Origin: Thermoplasmata archaeon
GTDB lineage: Archaea; Thermoplasmatota; Thermoplasmata; Lutacidiplasmatales; UBA184
DNA length: 64,000 bases
Reading direction: 5' to 3'
NCBI GenBank assembly: GCA_028864975.1
Contig: JAGWLG010000002.1
Coordinates: 24,043 to 88,042 of the forward strand
Positions 1-7,983 of the stretch are shown in pieces. The notes beneath the pieces were generated by a model. That model did no database searches, was not told the DNA's origin, and saw only the letters and a list, made by a program, of their open reading frames with translations. Position numbers and translations under genes: made by a program. Every line of letters starts with the position of its first letter. Within the stretch, counting starts at the first letter, position 1.

Positions 1-1773
1 CTCCCCGCCTATGGCCTGCTCGCCGCCGCCCTCTATCTTTCCTGGACCCCGGTCCTCTCCTCGAACCTCTACGATTTCCATCTCGAGGCGTTCGTTCCGC
101 TGGAGCTCTTCCTCTTCCTCTGGCTCTGGAGGAGAGCGAAGTACCTTCCTGCGGCGGTCGTGGCTGCGCTCGGTGCCCTGACGTTGGAAGTGGTCCCCGT
201 CTTTACGGCCCTTCTCGCCATCTTCTTTCTCCTGCCCCCCCTCCACCCGGTGTTCGACCGGCTCCGGGAGGCTCTCCGTCGATCGGACCGAACGATGGGT
301 AGGGAGTATCGCAGGGCCCTGCTCGCGCACCTCCGCGCGTACCTGCGTGACCGTCGGGCCGTCATGTCGCTGGTCCTGCTCCTCGGATCCTTCGTCGGCT
401 ACTACGGCCCTCGTGCGCTCCAAGAGTATGGGATTGGTCCGCACCTCGGGGTGGCCCCGCCCTCGGTGGGAACCTTCCTTCTGGGAACCCCGGACGGACG
501 ACCGCTGCTTCTCGCGAACGCGTTGCCGACCCTCTCGACGCGGCTGGAGTTCTGGGTGCTCCTCTACGCGCTGACCGGGGGTATCGGGCTTCTCGCACCG
601 AGGACCCTCGTGCTCTCGCTGCCCTGGATGACCTACACCGTGCTCTGGCCCTATCCTTCCATGACGACGCTGGGCTACCAGTACGGGTTCCTCGACGCCG
701 TCCCGCTCATGATCGGGTTCGCCTTCGGGCTGGTTCGGGTCCAGGCGCTCTCCCGCCCGCGCGCGCCGAGGGGTGACCCCGGGAGCGACAACTCGGGGAC
801 GTGGGGGGAGGCCCCGAAGGGCCTGGCCCCCTCCCTAGGGGCGCTTCGCGCCACCGGTACCTCGCCCCTCCTTCGTATTCCTGGGGCGGCGTGGATCGCT
901 CTTCTCGTCCTGAACCTGGCCCTGAGCCCGCTGAATCCCCTCTTGCAGGACCAGGGCCCTGCTGCCGGGTACCAGGTCTCCTACCAGCTCTCGGGAGGGT
1001 TCTCGCAGGTCCAAGCGCTCGCGGATCGGATCCCTTCAGGCGCCAGCGTGGTCGCGACCCAGGACCTCTTCCCTTTCGTCGCGAACGGGCTCGGCAGCTA
1101 CCCTCTTTCGCCGTCCAAAGGGGACCAAGTGCTGCCTTTCAACCTCACCGACCTCCCATCCTATGTCCTCGTTTCTCAGGGAGAGGCGGCCACGGTCCCG
1201 GACTTCCTTTCGCTCGGGCTCTACAGCCGCTCCGAGTTCGGGCTCGAGGGGATCGTCTGGAGCACGACCCAGGGGTCGGTGTTGCTCTTCGCCCGCGCGT
1301 TCCACGGAACGACACAGTTCGCAGGGGTCCCCCCTCAAGGGCCCCAAGTGTACGGCGCAGAGAACCTCGCGATCGGGACTTCGGGACAGGTCGTGAGCAC
1401 TCAGGGGGCCCCGACCCCCACGGCCATCGAGAGCCTCCCCGGCTCGACCGGGACCGTTTGGTACGGACCCTACGTCTCTCTTCCGCCCGGGAACTACACG
1501 GCGAGACTGTGGCTCGATGCGTGGAGCTGGGGCGGAGGCGTGGCGAGGGGGTCACCGGCCCTCTACCTCGACGCGAGCGGGTTCGCGACGCCCCTTCTCC
1601 TCTCCGACAATCTGAACCTCTCCTCGCTCTCCTCTCTCGGCAGCTCCTCCTACGTCGAGGTCGACGAACACTTCACCCTGCCCGAGGCGGTGACGAACTT
1701 CGAGCTCCGTGGTTACGCCTTGGACCCCAGGATCGGCGTCGCGCTCTCCTCGATCATCCTGGTCCCGGCGTGA
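1..1773 (+). CDS. polytopic membrane protein, 5'-truncated at window edge; frame 1 is open from nt 1, and the listed Met at 160 is internal
   Basis: Multiple hydrophobic segments (LLAAALYLSW, LFLFLWLW, VVPVFTALLAIFFLL) then a long Ser/Gly/Pro-rich probable extracellular region; third-position GC is high throughout; no recognisable catalytic motif. Confidence 0.5.
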   Translation, partial: LPAYGLLAAALYLSWTPVLSSNLYDFHLEAFVPLELFLFLWLWRRAKYLPAAVVAALGALTLEVVPVFTALLAIFFLLPPLHPVFDRLREALRRSDRTMGREYRRALLAHLRAYLRDRRAVMSLVLLLGSFVGYYGPRALQEYGIGPHLGVAPPSVGTFLLGTPDGRPLLLANALPTLSTRLEFWVLLYALTGGIGLLAPRTLVLSLPWMTYTVLWPYPSMTTLGYQYGFLDAVPLMIGFAFGLVRVQALSRPRAPRGDPGSDNSGTWGEAPKGLAPSLGALRATGTSPLLRIPGAAWIALLVLNLALSPLNPLLQDQGPAAGYQVSYQLSGGFSQVQALADRIPSGASVVATQDLFPFVANGLGSYPLSPSKGDQVLPFNLTDLPSYVLVSQGEAATVPDFLSLGLYSRSEFGLEGIVWSTTQGSVLLFARAFHGTTQFAGVPPQGPQVYGAENLAIGTSGQVVSTQGAPTPTAIESLPGSTGTVWYGPYVSLPPGNYTARLWLDAWSWGGGVARGSPALYLDASGFATPLLLSDNLNLSSLSSLGSSSYVEVDEHFTLPEAVTNFELRGYALDPRIGVALSSIILVPA

Positions 1774-2522
1774 GGCGTCAGAGCGAGGGCCTTGACCGGC
1801 GCCGCGAGCCCCTCACGCCATGAGGATCTCGTCCGCTCGTGGCCGGGCCATCCGAGCTCAAGGAGGAAGTCACGGGTCGCTCGCGGGACCCACGAACGGT
1901 CCCGATGAGAGGTCCTTCCGCGGAGCTGAGAAGAGAGACGGTGGAGGTCCGCGGGAACGTCGATGTCGAAGAACGACGGGAGCATCCGAGGTGGCCGACC
2001 CGCCTCCCTAAGGATCCGCACGACCTCCTGGCGCTCCCGGGGATGCTTGAACGCCTGGCGAACGGGCACGGGAGGTCCTCGGAAACCGAGCAGATAGAAC
2101 CCCTCACGCTGGCAGGGGCCCAGGACACTACGGACCCGGGACCCGCGCAGCGCACGCAGAGCCCGGGCGATCCTCGAGGGAGCAAGATGGGGGGTGTCGG
2201 CACCCACGATCACGTAGGGAGAGCCCGGGGGAAGGGTGCGGTGGAGGTCCTCCAAAGCCCCATCCATGCGTTCCCCGAAACCGACCCCGCGCTGCCACAG
2301 GACGCGGTCGGCGAGGGCGGCCTCCGGAGGCCGCGGTCCCGGGGTGAGCGCGATCGCCACGCGGGCCCCCGACTCCCGGGCCGCTTGGAGCGTGTCGCGG
2401 AGGAAAGCGCGGTAGAGTCCGAGGGTCCCCTCCTCCCCCAGCTCAACGGAAAGGCGGGTCTTGACCCGGCCCCTCTGGGGATTGCGAGCGAAGACGATCA
2501 CGGAACCGTCGCGCCCGCTCAT
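1713..2522 (-). CDS. DUF2064 / TIGR04282-like protein (glycosyltransferase-associated)
   Basis: N-terminus 'SVIVFARNPQRGRVKTRL' matches the DUF2064 hallmark (IVFAKxPxxGxVKTRL); internal ATG at 2522 overlaps the upstream GT2 stop codon (ATGA), indicating operon coupling; the six-frame ORF extends spuriously to 2675. Confidence 0.5.
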   Translation of the reverse strand: MSGRDGSVIVFARNPQRGRVKTRLSVELGEEGTLGLYRAFLRDTLQAARESGARVAIALTPGPRPPEAALADRVLWQRGVGFGERMDGALEDLHRTLPPGSPYVIVGADTPHLAPSRIARALRALRGSRVRSVLGPCQREGFYLLGFRGPPVPVRQAFKHPRERQEVVRILREAGRPPRMLPSFFDIDVPADLHRLSSQLRGRTSHRDRSWVPRATRDFLLELGWPGHERTRSSWREGLAAPVKALALTPHAGTRMIEESATPILGSKA

Positions 2523-3226
2523 CCCCCCTCCGAAGCGGAGAGACGGAGGGCCACGCCGACCCTCACCATGCGCAGGAAGGCCCGTATCGTTGCCCCCGCA
2601 TGACCGGAGACCTTGCTCCGTCCGCTCTGCCGCGGTCGGCACGTGACGTCCACCTCCCGGACCCGGGCTCCGCATAGGGCCGCGCGAACGAGCATCTCCA
2701 CAGGGAGGCCGTAGGTGGTCTCCGAGAGGGCGAGCGAAGGCACGAGCGAGAAGCGGAGGGCCCGGAACGAGGAGACGTCATGGAGACGCAGACCGTAGAG
2801 CGCGTGCAGCAGGAGCACGACTGATCGGTTCCCGGCGCGTTGATGAGCTGGGAGGGCGAGAGGACCGACGGGTACACGGCGACCCACCACCAGGTCCCCG
2901 ACCCCCTCTTGGATCGGGGTCAGGAGCCGAGGGAGATCACGCGGATCGAGGCTTCCGTCGCAATCCGCGAAGACGACGATCTCCGGTGGGTCCGGGGCGA
3001 TGGCCAAGTAGGAGATCCCGTTGAGGCACGCCCGACCGTACCCGCGCCGCGGCTCTTCCGCGACCTCGGCGCCCGCCTCGGCGGCCCGGCTCGCGGTCCT
3101 GTCGCGGCTGCCGTTGTCCACGACGATCACACGGACCCCTTGTGCCAGGAAGCCCCGGACCACGTCGCCGACGGAGCCTTCTTCGTCCAGCGCGGGGAGC
3201 ACGACCGCGACCTCCCCCCGCTTCAT
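2519..3226 (-). CDS. family 2 glycosyltransferase (dolichyl-phosphate hexose synthase-like)
   Basis: 'VVLPALDEEGSVGDVV...VIVVDNGSRDRTA...VVFADCDGSLDP' are GT2 DxD-type motifs; true start MKRGEV at 3226, and the 461-aa six-frame ORF upstream of it is an Arg/Gly/Pro-rich artefact; ATGA overlap with the epimerase gene. Confidence 0.7.
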   Translation of the reverse strand: MKRGEVAVVLPALDEEGSVGDVVRGFLAQGVRVIVVDNGSRDRTASRAAEAGAEVAEEPRRGYGRACLNGISYLAIAPDPPEIVVFADCDGSLDPRDLPRLLTPIQEGVGDLVVGRRVPVGPLALPAHQRAGNRSVVLLLHALYGLRLHDVSSFRALRFSLVPSLALSETTYGLPVEMLVRAALCGARVREVDVTCRPRQSGRSKVSGHAGATIRAFLRMVRVGVALRLSASEGG

Positions 3227-4308
3227 GCGACCGCCTCCAGCGCCGCAGGGCGCTCTCGCAGGGGGTCGTGCGCAAAGCGGAGCATGCCTTCCTCCCAGCC
3301 GATCCTCGCTTCGAAGCCCAAGAGGGCCTGGGCCTTCGCCACGGAGGCGAAGACATGTCGGGCATCCCCGTGACGGAACGTCCCGGGCAGCTCGGGCTCC
3401 CGTTCGGGGGCGAGCTCGTGGGTCAAGAGGCGGGCCAGGTCCAAGATGGTCCGGGGCCGCCCCGTCCCGATGTTGAACGCCTCGTAGGCGACCTTCTCCT
3501 CGGGGGCCTCGGCGGCGAGGAGATTGGCCTCGGCCACGTCCTGGACGTGGACGAAGTCGCGCAGCTGCAATCCGTCCTCGAGGACCTGGGGGGCTTCCCC
3601 TCGGGCCAGGGCGCTGCGGAAGATCGAGGCGACCGCGGCATAGGGGGTGTCGCGGGGCATGTTCGGCCCGTAGACGTTGTGGTAGCGCAGAGCGACCAGA
3701 GGCAGGGAGCGCGCGCGGGCCATCTCGAGGGCGAGGCCCTCCTGCATCTCCTTCGAGCGCGCGTACATCGTGGCCGGCGCCGGGGGATGCTCCTCGACCA
3801 CCGCCTCGGGTCGTAGCGGGGCCGAACAGCGAGAGCACCGAGGTTCCCATCTCCCCTCCGAGAGGTCGGAGGAGGACCGTCGCCCCGTTCGGGACTCTTG
3901 GCATCGAGGGCAGCGGTAGGCCCCCTCCCCGTAGATGGCCATGGAAGAGGCCAGGACCACGCGACGAGGGGCGTGAGAGGCGGTCGAGGCGTCGCGAAGG
4001 AGGTCCAGGGTCGAGAGCACGTTCGCCTCCAGGAAGTCTCGGACATCCTCGACCCCTCGGCCCAGCCCGCAGAGCGCGGCCTCATGGAAGATCACATCGA
4101 TACCACGAGAGAGCGCACGGGCGCGGACCGTTGGCGAGCGCAGGTCCCCCCTGAGCCACTCCACGCCCTCAGGCAGCTGGGGCGGACCGGGCCCGTGCAC
4201 GCGCCGGTCCAGGCTGTCGAGCACCAGGACCTCCCAACCGCCTTGCTTCAGGCGATCCGCCACGTGGTAGCCGATGAACCCGGCACCTCCCGTGACGAGC
4301 GCCCTCAT
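3223..4308 (-). CDS. NAD-dependent epimerase/dehydratase (UDP-sugar 4-epimerase family) with a Cys4 zinc-ribbon insertion
   Basis: Rossmann 'MRALVTGGAGFIGYHV', catalytic 'YARSKEMQE' (YxxxK); inserted 'CPRCQ...CSRC' pair; start at MRALVTGG (4308). Confidence 0.75.
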   Translation of the reverse strand: MRALVTGGAGFIGYHVADRLKQGGWEVLVLDSLDRRVHGPGPPQLPEGVEWLRGDLRSPTVRARALSRGIDVIFHEAALCGLGRGVEDVRDFLEANVLSTLDLLRDASTASHAPRRVVLASSMAIYGEGAYRCPRCQESRTGRRSSSDLSEGRWEPRCSRCSAPLRPEAVVEEHPPAPATMYARSKEMQEGLALEMARARSLPLVALRYHNVYGPNMPRDTPYAAVASIFRSALARGEAPQVLEDGLQLRDFVHVQDVAEANLLAAEAPEEKVAYEAFNIGTGRPRTILDLARLLTHELAPEREPELPGTFRHGDARHVFASVAKAQALLGFEARIGWEEGMLRFAHDPLRERPAALEAVA

Positions 4309-4324
4309 CTCCTCGCCCCGAACC

Positions 4325-4612
4325 TCATCGATAGGCGACCAGGAACTGGACGCCCAGCCCCCCCGCTTCGAGCACCGAGAGACCGAAGAAGAGCCAGAGG
4401 ACGGCACCGCTCAGAGCCGGGAGCATCACGTAACACCCGTAGGTCAGGAAGGCCCCCTGGAGGAGGAAGATCATGGCGAAGGCGGCCAGGCCCGCGGTGA
4501 AGGGGGCCCGCACCTTCCGGTACGTACGAAGGAAGATGACCAGGAGTCCCAGCGAGAGGGCCGTGACGACGAGGGCCGCGGCGAGCGTGGCCCATACGAG
4601 CGGGTCCGCCAC
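4325..4612 (-). CDS. small membrane protein (2-3 TM), hypothetical
   Basis: 95 aa, strongly hydrophobic, same strand and tightly spaced between regulator and epimerase genes. Confidence 0.45.
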   Translation of the reverse strand: MADPLVWATLAAALVVTALSLGLLVIFLRTYRKVRAPFTAGLAAFAMIFLLQGAFLTYGCYVMLPALSGAVLWLFFGLSVLEAGGLGVQFLVAYR

Positions 4613-4627
4613 AGGGGTCTAGCGAGC

Positions 4628-4960
4628 TCAGCCCACTTGGCGCTTTGCCAGAATTTCGTCGGAGACCTTACCGGAACGCTCCCGGACCACGTGCACGCGG
4701 ATGCGTTCCAGGAGCTCGGGGTGACCCTCCAGCCAGGGGTTGAGGAAGTAGACGGACCCGTAGGCTTCCACCCGAGGGTTGACGAGCACATGGTTGCCGA
4801 GAAGGAGGTCGAGGTGGTGGCAGACCGTCCTGTAGTCCAGATGCAGCTCGACCGCCAACTGGTGCGCGTTCGCCGGACGCGACTCCAGCGCGTCCAGGAT
4901 CCGCAGACGGTTGTACCCGCCGCGGGTGCCGGCCAGGAGGTACCAGAGCAGCTTCTCCAT
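4628..4960 (-). CDS. winged-helix transcriptional regulator (ArsR/MarR-like)
   Basis: 'RLRILDALESRPANAHQLAVELHLDYRTVCHHLDLLLGNHVLV' is a wHTH pattern; start taken at MEKLLWYLL (4960); first gene of the glycosylation operon. Confidence 0.55.
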   Translation of the reverse strand: MEKLLWYLLAGTRGGYNRLRILDALESRPANAHQLAVELHLDYRTVCHHLDLLLGNHVLVNPRVEAYGSVYFLNPWLEGHPELLERIRVHVVRERSGKVSDEILAKRQVG

Positions 4961-5157
4961 CCCCTTACCTGTAAGGGAGGGTAGCGCCAAGGTCCCCATT
5001 AAACCCTGGGTCGCGCGCCGGGCCATCGTCCGAGGGCGGGCCGAACGAGCCACCCGACAAAGGGCTCGTGAAAGCCCGTCGAGGAGGGCGCGAGCATCCT
5101 CGGCAAGGCGGCATCAGGGCTTTGGAGCCAGGCCTTCTTCCCGAGGAGGGTAGCGAT

Positions 5158-5622
5158 TCACAGTTCCTTGGCCATCTGGACGTTGGTCTCGAGGTAACCG
5201 AGATCACGGTACAGCGCGCGGGCGGGGGCATTGTCGCCGAAGACGTGGAGGGCGATCCTCTTCGCCCCGAGGCGTCGGGCGATCGGCTCGGCGGCGAGCA
5301 TCGCCGCGCGTCCGAAACCGTTCCGACGTTGGGGCTCGTCGACCTGCAGCTCGTAGACGAACGCCTTACCATCCTTCGCATGGAGCCAGAGGACGCCGAC
5401 CCGAGGGCGCCCGCGGCCGACATGGATGGTGAAGAGATGCTCGTTCGGGGTCTCGAGCCCCTTCGGCAGGATGTTGTCGATCTCCTTCCGGGAGGCCTCG
5501 AGGGACTCCTCCTTGGACCAACGTCCGGTCCGGACGTGGCTCTCTGCGTAGCTAGGAACGAGCTGAGCGAGGTACGGACCGAACTCCTCGGGGGTCATGG
5601 GGATGAGCTCCACGTCGACCAT
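5158..5622 (-). CDS. GNAT family N-acetyltransferase
   Basis: 'QRRNGFGRAAMLAAEPIARRLGAKRIALHVFGDNAPARALYRDLGY' is GNAT motif A/B. Confidence 0.7.
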   Translation of the reverse strand: MVDVELIPMTPEEFGPYLAQLVPSYAESHVRTGRWSKEESLEASRKEIDNILPKGLETPNEHLFTIHVGRGRPRVGVLWLHAKDGKAFVYELQVDEPQRRNGFGRAAMLAAEPIARRLGAKRIALHVFGDNAPARALYRDLGYLETNVQMAKEL

Positions 5623-5884
5623 CCGGGACGGGAGCCGCCTCCTTCCCCATGAGGATTTGCGAGCCGAGCGGTGGACCGCACCGATATAGAGCGCGACCGC
5701 TCCGCGCGAGGCGATGCCAAGACGGCCCGGTTCCGGTGGCCTCGCGGCGGCACCGCGGGAAGAGGCCGGCCCTCCGAGCCCCCTCCTTCCCTCTCGGTCC
5801 GTCTCCCGGGCTCCGCGTGGCCCTGCTCCTCCGGTGGCCCCCGCGGGCCTGGAGGAGGGGAGCGCTCCGAGCTCGGCTCCCTCG

Positions 5885-6553
5885 ATGGAGGGAGAACGCT
5901 ACGACTTCCACTCCCACACCCTGCTCACGGATGGCAGCGCGATGCCCATCGACATGTGGCACCACGCGGTGCTCCTGGGCCACCGAGCGCTCGCGATCAC
6001 CGACCATCTTTACGGGGAGGACCCCCGCCCGATGATGACGCGTCTCCTCGCGGACCAGGAGGCCTTCGGTTCAGGTGGGCTCACCACCCTCGTAGGGGTC
6101 GAGGTCTCGATGCTCCGCCCGGATCGTATCGCCGCGGCGGCCAAGGCCGCGCGCAAGGCTGGGGCGCAGATCGTGATCGTTCACGGGGAGACCCCTGTCG
6201 AGCCGGTGCCGCCGGGAACGAACCGCGCTGCGATCGAATCGAACGAGGTCGACCTCCTCGCCCACCCGGGACTGCTGTCGGAGCCAGAGGCCGAGCTCGC
6301 GAGGGCCCACGATGTCATCCTCGAGCTCTCCTCCCGACGTGGGCACGGGCTAGGGAACGGGATCGTCGCGGTGCGGGCGCTCGCGGCAGGCGCCCAGCTC
6401 GTCGTGGATTCTGACGCGCATTCCGCCCACGACCTCATCCGCCAGGAGTTCGCGCGGAAGGTCGCGCTGGGAGCGGGGGTCCCGGTGTCTCAGGTGGAGC
6501 GGGTGATCACCGAAACCCCGCAAAAGCTGCTGAAGCGGCTAGGGCGCGCCTAG
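5885..6553 (+). CDS. PHP-domain metal-dependent phosphoesterase (histidinol-phosphatase-like)
   Basis: 'YDFHSHTLLTDGS' PHP motif I, 'ALAITDH', 'VVDSDAHS'; start at MEGERYDFHSHT (5885); upstream part of the six-frame ORF is Pro/Ala-rich filler. Confidence 0.65.
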   Translation: MEGERYDFHSHTLLTDGSAMPIDMWHHAVLLGHRALAITDHLYGEDPRPMMTRLLADQEAFGSGGLTTLVGVEVSMLRPDRIAAAAKAARKAGAQIVIVHGETPVEPVPPGTNRAAIESNEVDLLAHPGLLSEPEAELARAHDVILELSSRRGHGLGNGIVAVRALAAGAQLVVDSDAHSAHDLIRQEFARKVALGAGVPVSQVERVITETPQKLLKRLGRA

Positions 6554-7830
6554 CGCAGTCCAGGGATCGGGAAGCGCCGCGCCCAAGCGCCCACCCGCGA
6601 TCCGAGTGGCCCGGTCGCAGGGTCTGGCGCCTGGAGACGCGTCGCCGCGATCCACAGAGGGATCGACAGCGCGAGGCTCCCGACGGCAAGGTAGTAGCGG
6701 TGGAAGAGCGCGAGCGTGAGGGGGGCGGTCCCCACCAGGAGGAACGTGAAGCCCACGTTCGCGAGCCTCCCCAAGTTCAGGCTCATCTCCCGCACGGTGG
6801 CCGCCGAAGCGAGCGATCCTTTGGGGAAGAGGTTCGTGTACGCTCGGAGGAGCGCCACCTGTAGCCCCCCTGCACACCCTGCGAGCCCGAGGACCGCGGC
6901 CTGCCAGAGCTCGTTGATGGTGCCCAACGCGAGGAGCGTAACGGCCGCGACCACGTAGCCGAGCATCGCGGGGACCCACGCCGTCCTCTGCCGGTCCGCC
7001 CACCGAGCGGTGAGCGGGCTGACGAAGGCCCCGAAGAGGGAGATCGCTGAGACGACGAGACCAAGATAGAGGAGTGAGCGGCCGGCGAGGGCGTAGAGGT
7101 AGAGGGGATAGATGATCCAGCTGGTGTCGGTGAACCCGAGCAGAGCGTAGGCGATCGCGAAGCGCGATACCCCACGGACCCGCAAGGCGTGCGGGGCAGC
7201 GGCGCCCCCGTGACCTTCCTCCAGCCGCGGGAGTTGAAGGGACAGGAGGCAGGCGGCGAGGAACAACCCGCCCGCCAGCAGGAAGATCGTGTGGAATCCA
7301 AGGCCCGGCGTGGAGGCAATGAGCCCCCCGATCGCAGGTCCTGCCACCCCGGCCAACGCTGGGATCGCGACGGCGATGACCGTGATCTCCTGGATCTTCT
7401 TCGCTCCCGACGTCACGCTGTAGAGGTAGGTGTTGAACGGCGGCCAGAAGAGCGCAAGGCCGAGCCCCCACGAGAGGCCGAGCAGGACCGGGAGATGGAG
7501 GACCGGAAGGGAGAGCTGGAAGGCGCCTAGGGCCAGGATCCCGGAGGGGAGGAGGCGTGGGAACCTTGACGCGAGCCTCCACTGGAGGAGCAAGGGAGCG
7601 ACCCCCAGGGTGAGGAAGACCAGCGTCAGGACCCCCAGGACGAAGAGGAGGGAATCCCCTCCCACACCGTAGAGGTAGATCGGGACGAACGTCGAGCTCA
7701 ATCCCGAGGCCAGGAAGAAGACCGAGGCCACCGCGAAGAGCCTGCGACCATCGCCGCCCGGGAGCCATTCGGCGAGTCGAGGTCCGAAGGTGCCCGACGC
7801 GGGAGGGTCCGTCCCGGAGGATAGCTGCAA
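6550..7830 (-). CDS. MFS transporter
   Basis: About 12 predicted TM segments with MFS-like organisation; TTG start at 7830 directly preceded by an AT-rich island (7831-7865). Confidence 0.7.
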   Translation of the reverse strand: MQLSSGTDPPASGTFGPRLAEWLPGGDGRRLFAVASVFFLASGLSSTFVPIYLYGVGGDSLLFVLGVLTLVFLTLGVAPLLLQWRLASRFPRLLPSGILALGAFQLSLPVLHLPVLLGLSWGLGLALFWPPFNTYLYSVTSGAKKIQEITVIAVAIPALAGVAGPAIGGLIASTPGLGFHTIFLLAGGLFLAACLLSLQLPRLEEGHGGAAAPHALRVRGVSRFAIAYALLGFTDTSWIIYPLYLYALAGRSLLYLGLVVSAISLFGAFVSPLTARWADRQRTAWVPAMLGYVVAAVTLLALGTINELWQAAVLGLAGCAGGLQVALLRAYTNLFPKGSLASAATVREMSLNLGRLANVGFTFLLVGTAPLTLALFHRYYLAVGSLALSIPLWIAATRLQAPDPATGPLGSRVGAWARRFPIPGLR

Positions 7831-7983
7831 TCCTTTTGGTTAGTACGTTACGCATATGTAGGGATTCTGGGGTCCCGGGAGGACCCCGCCCGCCGGAACG
7901 CGCCTCTCCGGCTCAGCTCGCCGATTCTCGTGAGACATTCCGGTCGAGTTGCCGGAAGTTCGTCGGCACGGGAGCGCCCAAGA

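Noticed and set aside
3227-3904. 226-codon upstream extension of the GT2 gene (similar extensions at 2523-2675, 4309-4407, 23112-23417, 24099-24263, 24933-25217)
   Set aside because: The extensions are RG/P-rich filler. Conserved N-terminal motifs (MKRGEVAVVLPALDEEGS, MRALVTGGAGFIG, etc.) begin at internal ATGs that also create ATGA overlaps with upstream genes.
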